A DNA stretch of 64,000 nucleotides from NCBI GenBank assembly GCA_950097015.1, contig CATNEN010000038.1:34596001-34660000 (forward strand), written 5' to 3'. Each line of letters starts with the position of its first letter. The first letter of the stretch is position 1. The notes under the pieces are model-generated. The model searched no databases. It was not told where the DNA came from and worked only from the letters and a program-made list of their open reading frames with translations. Source of the DNA: Macrostomum hystrix. Lineage: Eukaryota > Animalia > Platyhelminthes. This document shows, in pieces, positions 57,701 through 64,000 of this stretch. Made by a program: the position numbers and the translations under genes.

Positions 57701-60454
57701 AGATGGGAAGGAAGGTGGAAAAGATAGGAAGGGGAAATAGACGTAGGAATTAAAAAGTTATTATCGTCATGTAATAAGACGCAAGGATAAGAAATTGTTC
57801 GAAAAATTCTGATGCTAAGCTAAAGATGATATTTTAGAATGATTCTCAAGATCCCCAAGGGAAGCTAGTGAGCATTTCTATCAGCACTATGCTGTTTTTT
57901 TAGTCCTAGGAAATGCAAAAAGTATTAGAGATTGTGATTTTGGAATAGCTGAGAGTAAAGCTTTTCAGTTTTAGCCAAGCAACTTACCTTATTGCATGCA
58001 TATTTAGCAATGTCCAGGCGGATTCTATCCCCGGCATCAGTTTAGCAATCCCCTGTGCTGATAGCAGGTGTGTATGTGTGTGTTAGACATCCTGGCAATA
58101 ATCTGGCAAAGAGAGTTTGCAAATCTACCCTGTCTATCTAAATGCGCAGGTTTTTTCTGTCTCTTTCTGCGTGTTGCATTTCATTTCCATATCCGCGTCT
58201 GCGGATTTACTCTTTCCTGTTTTTCTGCTCGCGACAATACTTTAGCTCTTATTATCGTATGGTTCTGCTCACCGTGACCCCTCTATGTGGCATCAACTCA
58301 GGTTTAGATGGCTCTCGTGTTTCATTTGTCTGCATGAGTTCATGTGAGTATAGCAAGTGGCTGGGTGGGCAGATGAGAATTCTGTTGAGAATTCCTATAC
58401 TCATCTTGACTGGCACTGTGCCCCATCTTCAAGTCCCAAATCCCGCTATTCGATATCATTCACTAAGCATTTACTTCTCTACCATGCTTTGGTGAAACTG
58501 CTTGCCTATAACTGACTGGGCAAGTCAAACCTTGTCTCATGTTCGCCTCCTTTGTTTTAGCTCTCATCTGGGTTTATCGCAATGGTGGGTAAGGGGAAAA
58601 ACTTTTGTCGCATACCGTGTAATCCCCAATCTAGATGGATCGCATTCTTGCTTATTCCCGCCCCACACTGTTGTGCCATATGCTTTCACAACAGGCTCAA
58701 ATAGCATGGGAATGGCATGTATTCATCTGCCATTGTTAGAAAGCTTTAATTTGCTAAAACTTTTTTTTCTTCCTTTTGGCTTTCTTAAGTAAGTTTAATT
58801 AGCCCAAGACACTTCACAAGTGTTTGGGTGATTTGGATGTCTATGGGCGATAGTAATCAACACCTGGATGGTAGAATAAAAGTGTCTATGGGCGATGGTA
58901 ACCAATACCTGGATGGTAGACTAGAATGTCTATGGGCGATGGTAATCAATACCTGGATGGTAGACTAGAATTTTTATGGGCGATGGTAACCAATACCTGG
59001 ATGGTAGACTAGAATGTCTATGGGCGATGGTAATCAATACCTGGATGGTAGACTAGAATGTCTATGGGCGATGGTAATCAATACCTGGATGGTAGACTAG
59101 AATGTCTATGGGCGATGGTAATCAATACCTGGATGGTAGACTAGAATGTCTATGGGCGATGGTAATCAATACCTGGATGGTAGACTAGAATGTTTATGGG
59201 CGATGGTAATCAATACCTGGATGGTAGACTAGAATGTCTATGGGCGATGGTAATCAATACCTGGATGGTAGACTAGAATTTTTATGGGCGATGGTAATCA
59301 ATACCTGGATGGTAGACTAGAATGTTTATGGGCGATGGTAATCAATACCTGGATGGTAGACTAGAATTTTTATGGGCGATGGTAATCAATACCTGGATGG
59401 TAGACTAGAATGTTTATGGGCGATGGTAATCAATACCTGGATGGTAGACTAGAATTTTTATGGGCGATGGTAACCAATACCTGGATGGTAGACTAGAATG
59501 TTTATGGGCGATGGTAATCAATACCTGGATGGTAGACTAGAATTTTTATGGGCGATGGTAATCAATACCTGGATGGTAGACTAGAATTTTTATGGGCGAT
59601 GGTAATCAATACCTGGATGGTAGACTAGAATTTTTATGGGCGATGGTAACCAATACCTGGATGGTAGACTAGAATGTCTATGGGCGATGGTAATCAATAC
59701 CTGGATGGTAGACTAGAATGTCTATGGGCGATGGTAATCGACACCTGATTAATAATAATTGCAGGAGGACTGTGGGCAATGGCACATCATTTGATGACAC
59801 TAGTGACAGCCAGCGACGACGCAGTTCTGCTCATTCTGCTGACTCCTGAGCACACACGCACACAGATACCGTACGCAGGCACTCGCTCACACATGGTGTA
59901 CATCTGTCCTGACTTTCTCATCGTCAGGCAGTGTACACTTCACTGTGCCTTTGAGGTTGGCCCTCAAGAGCGTAAATTGCACGACAAGCCCCTAAGCCTT
60001 CTCTCCGCGGCTGCACCCCGAATGAATGTGGCCTCGCCGTGGAATGGAGCTCAGGGACCTTGTTGCGTGAGGCAGACGCGTTAGACCGCTCTGCCACTCA
60101 CCCCCATCGACTATGGTAGACTAGAACCATAGATACTAAAATAACTTATATTTTAGGTATTTTAGTATCTATGACTAGAACTAGAATTTCTATGGTCTCT
60201 GTGTTCTCACCGTCAGCGTCGACCTCGTGTACCAGACGGTCTAGCTCCTGCTCGGTAATGTTCTGTCCCAGAGATGTCATAATCACGGCCAACTCGGAGG
60301 TGTCAATAGTTCCGCTGCCGTCGTGATCGTACATGCAGAATGCTTCGTAATATTCGTGTATCTGGTCCTCAGTCAAGCTGCTCATGACGTCATCTGGCGT
60401 CGGCTTCTGCTGCTGCTGAGCCTGCTTCTTGCCTGCGCCTCGCTTTCCGCTCAT
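54789..60454 (-). CDS. Calmodulin-like EF-hand protein (172 aa, 3 exons)
   Basis: Exons 60211-60454, 55721-55862, 54789-54921 (TAA). EF loops [36 protein letters not shown] (degenerate), [12 protein letters not shown]. Basic/Gln-rich N-terminal extension. Confidence 0.92.
54998..55610 (+). repeat. ~30-bp minisatellite (TAATCCTAGAGTTAATCCCTCAATCTACTC)
   Basis: Tandem repeat in a calmodulin-like intron. Confidence 0.95.
56270..57735 (+). repeat. 30-bp purine-rich minisatellite (GAGGAATAGAGAAAGGAAGTTGAGGAATGT)
   Basis: Tandem repeat; explains ORF 56126..57607 and neighbours. Confidence 0.97.
58838..59746 (+). repeat. 44-bp minisatellite (TATGGGCGATGGTAATCAATACCTGGATGGTAGACTAGAATGTC)
   Basis: About 20 units. 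Confidence 0.97.
59749..60105 (-). mobile_element. SINE family A, full-length copy
   Basis: Reverse complement of the GGGGGTGAGTGGCAGAGCGG head, body and TTA tail. Confidence 0.88.
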
Positions 60455-60877
60455 GGCAATTTTGTCTCGGAATCTAGACTCAAATGATAGATTGTTAAAA
60501 AAATAGTTTTAAGCCTTTTTTGTTGTTCTGGGCGAGTTCTAACAGCTATTTTTCTCTATTTTTCTGAGGCTAAAACTTGACTCAAGCAATTGTGAAAGAA
60601 GAGACAGTCTCTTATCTTGTTGTGCTTCTCTTATTCAACTGATATTATTGTACGTACATCTACTTGTTGGCCAACTAGTCATTCTTGTGTATCTGTGTGT
60701 GCATAATGCAGATGCTCTGTGTGTGATATTTTATTTGCGAGTCAAGTTTACGCCCATTGTTCGGTGCAAAAATGAAAATGTATGACAAGTGAAGTTTAGT
60801 TTAGAGAAAAAAAGCTGCTACAGAGAGCTTGAAAATACCCAAGACTGCAATTAATTTTATTTAACTTCTAACACGTT

Positions 60878-63678
60878 CTAGGTATTTCCCAAACTACATA
60901 ATCCTCAATGTAGGTATTTCCCAAACTACAGAATCCTCAATCTAGGTATTTCCCAAACTACATAATCCTCAATCTAGGTATTTCCCAAGCTACAGAATCC
61001 TCAATCTAGGTATTTCCCAAACTACAGAATCCTCAATCTAGGTATTTCCCAAACTACAGAATTCTCAATCTAGGTATTTCCCAAACTACAGAATTCTCAA
61101 TCTAGGTATTTCCCAAACTACAGAATCCTCAATCTAGGTATTTCCCAAACTACAGAATCCTCAATCTAGGTATTTCCTAAACTACATAATCCTCAATCTA
61201 GGTATTTCCCAAGCTACAGAATCCTCAATCTAGGTATTTCCCAAACTACAGAATTCTCAATCTAGGTATTTCCCAAACTACAGAATCCTCAATCTAGGTA
61301 TTTCCCAAACTACATAATCCTCAATCTAGGTATTTCCCAAGCTACAGAATCCTCAATCTAGGTATTTCCCAAACTACAGAATCCTCAATCTAGGTATTTC
61401 CCAAACTACAGAATTTCTGTAGTTTCTGTAGTTCTACAGAATCCTCAATCTAGGTATTTCCCAAACTACAGAATCCTCAATCTAGGTATTTCCCAAACTA
61501 CAGAATTTCTGTAGTTTCTGTAGTTCTACAGAATCCTCAATCTAGGTATTTCCCAAACTACAGAATCCTCAATCTAGGTATTTCCCAAACTACAGAATCC
61601 TCAATCTAGGTATTTCCCAAACTACAGAATCCTCAATCTAGGTATTTCCCAAACTACATAATCCTCAATCTAGGTATTTCCCAAACTACAGAATCCTCAA
61701 TCTAGGTATTTCCCAAACTACAGAATCCTCAATCTAGGTATTTCCCAAACTACAGAATTTCTGTAGTTTCTGTAGTTCTACAGAATCCTCAATCTAGGTA
61801 TTTCCCAAACTACATAATCCTCAATCTAGGTATTTCCCAAACTACAGAATCCTTAATCTAGGTATTTCCCAAACTACAGAATCCTCAATGTAGGTATTTC
61901 CCAAACTACAGAATCCTCAATCTAGGTGTTTCCCAAACTACATAATCCTCAATCTAGGTATTTCCCAAGCTACAGAATCCTCAATCTAGGTATTTCCCAA
62001 ACTACAGAATCCTCAATCTAGGTGTTTCCCAAACTACATAATCCTCAATCTAGGTATTTCCCAAGCTACAGAATCCTCAATCTAGGTATTTCCCAAACTA
62101 CAGAATCCTCAATCTAGGTATTTCCCAAACTACAGAATCCTCAATCTAGGTATTTCCCAAACTACAGAATCCTCAATGTAGGTATTTCCCAAACTACAGA
62201 ATTCTCAATCTAGGTATTTCCCAAACTACAGAATCCTCAATCTAGGTATTTCCCAAACTACAGAATCCTCAATCTAGGTATTTCCTAAACTACAGAATCC
62301 TCAATGTAGGTATTTCCCAAACTACAGAATTCTCAATCTAGGTATTTCCTAAACTACAGAATCCTCAATCTAGGTATTTCCTAAACTACAGAATCCTCAA
62401 TGTAGGTATTTCCCAAACTACAGAATCCTCAATCTAGGTATTTCCTAAACTACATAATCCTCAATCTAGGTATTTCCTAAACTACAGAATCCTCAATCTA
62501 GGTATTTCCTAAACTACAGAATCCTCAATGTAGGTATTTCCCAAACTACAGAATCCTCAATCTAGGTATTTCCCAAACTACAGAATCCTCAATCTAGGTA
62601 TTTCCTAAACTACAGAATTCTCAATCTAGGTATTTCCTAAACTACATAATCCTCAATCTAGGTATTTCCCAAACTACAGAATCCTCAATCTAGGTATTTC
62701 CTAAACTACAGAATCCTCAATGTAGGTATTTCCCAAACTACATAATCCTCAATCTAGGTATTTCCTAAACTACAGAATCCTCAATCTAGGTATTTCCTAA
62801 ACTACAGAATCCTCAATGTAGGTATTTCCCAAACTACAGAATCCTCAATCTAGGTATTTCCCAAACTACAGAATCCTCAATCTAGGTATTTCCTAAACTA
62901 CAGAATTCTCAATCTAGGTATTTCCTAAACTACATAATCCTCAATCTAGGTATTTCCCAAACTACAGAATCCTCAATCTAGGTATTTCCTAAACTACAGA
63001 ATCCTCAATCTAGGTATTTCCCAAACTACATAATCCTCAATCTAGGTATTTCCCAAACTACAGAATCCTCAATCTAGGTATTTCCCAAACTACAGAATTC
63101 TCAATGTAGGTATTTCCTAAACTACATAATCCTCAATCTAGGTATTTCCTAAACTACAGAATTCTCAATCTAGGTATTTCCTAAACTACAGAATCCTCAA
63201 TCTAGGTATTTCCCAAACTACATAATCCTCAATCTAGGTATTTCCCAAACTACAGAATCCTCAATCTTGGTATTTCCCAAACTACAGAATTCTCAATCTA
63301 GGTATTTCCCAAACTACAGAATCCTCAATCTAGGTATTTCCCAAACTACAGAATCCTCAATCTAGGTATTTCCCAAACTACAGAATCCTCAATGTAGGTA
63401 TTTCCCAAACTACAGAATTCTCAATCTAGGTATTTCCCAAACTACAGAATCCTCAATCTAGGTATTTCCCAAACTACATAATCCTCAATCTAGGTATTTC
63501 CCAAACTACAGAATCCTCTATCTAGGTATTTCCCAAACTACATAATCCTCAATGTAGGTATTTCCCAAACTACATAATCCTCAATCTAGGTATTTCCCAA
63601 ACTACAGAATCCTCAATCTAGGTATTTCCCAAACTACAGAATCCTCAATCTAGGTATTTCCCAAACTACAGAACCTAG
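60878..63678 (+). repeat. 32-bp minisatellite (CTAGGTATTTCCCAAACTACAGAATCCTCAAT)
   Basis: About 85 units, with three micro-inversion variants. Confidence 0.97.
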
Positions 63679-63737
63679 GTGGAAAGGTTCTAGCTAAGTA
63701 GTCTACCTGCTCGAACAACTTGCAGAAGGATTAAGCC

Positions 63738-64000
63738 ATGCTGGCCCAAGTCAACCAGTTGTTGAAGAAGTTTGCTATCAATCACCCGCAACTGTTCTAC
63801 CTCATGCCGTTAGCAATCGGCGGATTGACCTTCTACGCCTATAGGAGGGCCGCTTGTCTGCAGATGGCGCCTGAGACTATCATCCCATTCAGGCAGTATT
63901 ACTTTGTAGTCAGGCCGCAGGACGTTAGAGTCAACGAGGACAATGCTACCGGCTATAATTGGGACGATTTGCGCGCCTATCGCGACAAGTTTTATCCGAA
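63738..64000 (+). CDS. Small single-pass membrane protein, possibly invertebrate NDUFA3/ND-B9-like; runs off the window end
   Basis: Open frame MLAQVNQLLKKFAINHPQLFYLMPLAIGGLTFYAYRR...FRQYYFVVRPQDVRV...DKFYP. Acceptor TTGCAG at 63720-63725. One hydrophobic helix followed by a YxVxRPxD motif. Confidence 0.55.
   Translation, partial: MLAQVNQLLKKFAINHPQLFYLMPLAIGGLTFYAYRRAACLQMAPETIIPFRQYYFVVRPQDVRVNEDNATGYNWDDLRAYRDKFYP

Overview
Eukaryotic (metazoan) genomic DNA with spliced genes, very dense 15-77 bp minisatellites and two tRNA-derived SINE families. The architecture resembles a flatworm such as Macrostomum; this is inference, not verified. Most long ORFs in the supplied track are minisatellite artefacts. 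Genes rebuilt by hand from GT-AG exons with consistent phases: (1) a 15-exon cytoplasmic tandem-domain tyrosine phosphatase, Ptp36E-like (-, 15885-2829), with a nested antisense secreted PAN/apple + LamG-like gene; (2) RPS27 (-); (3) HACD/PTPLA (+); (4) eIF5B (+, 6 exons, 26323-51023), with a nested antisense, highly divergent SLC6-like gene; (5) a calmodulin-like gene (-); (6) a partial small membrane protein, possibly NDUFA3-like (+), at the right edge. Mobile DNA: two defective mariners, a hAT MITE with an 8-bp TSD, a CACTG-ended element, CORE-type SINEs and a structured tRNA-SINE. Best leads: non-autonomous DNA transposons that carry and apparently disperse minisatellites; a possible bidirectional promoter driving two divergent operon-like gene pairs; a nested SLC6-like protein lacking the TM1 transport motif; and a phosphatase whose catalytic motifs are eroded in both domains.
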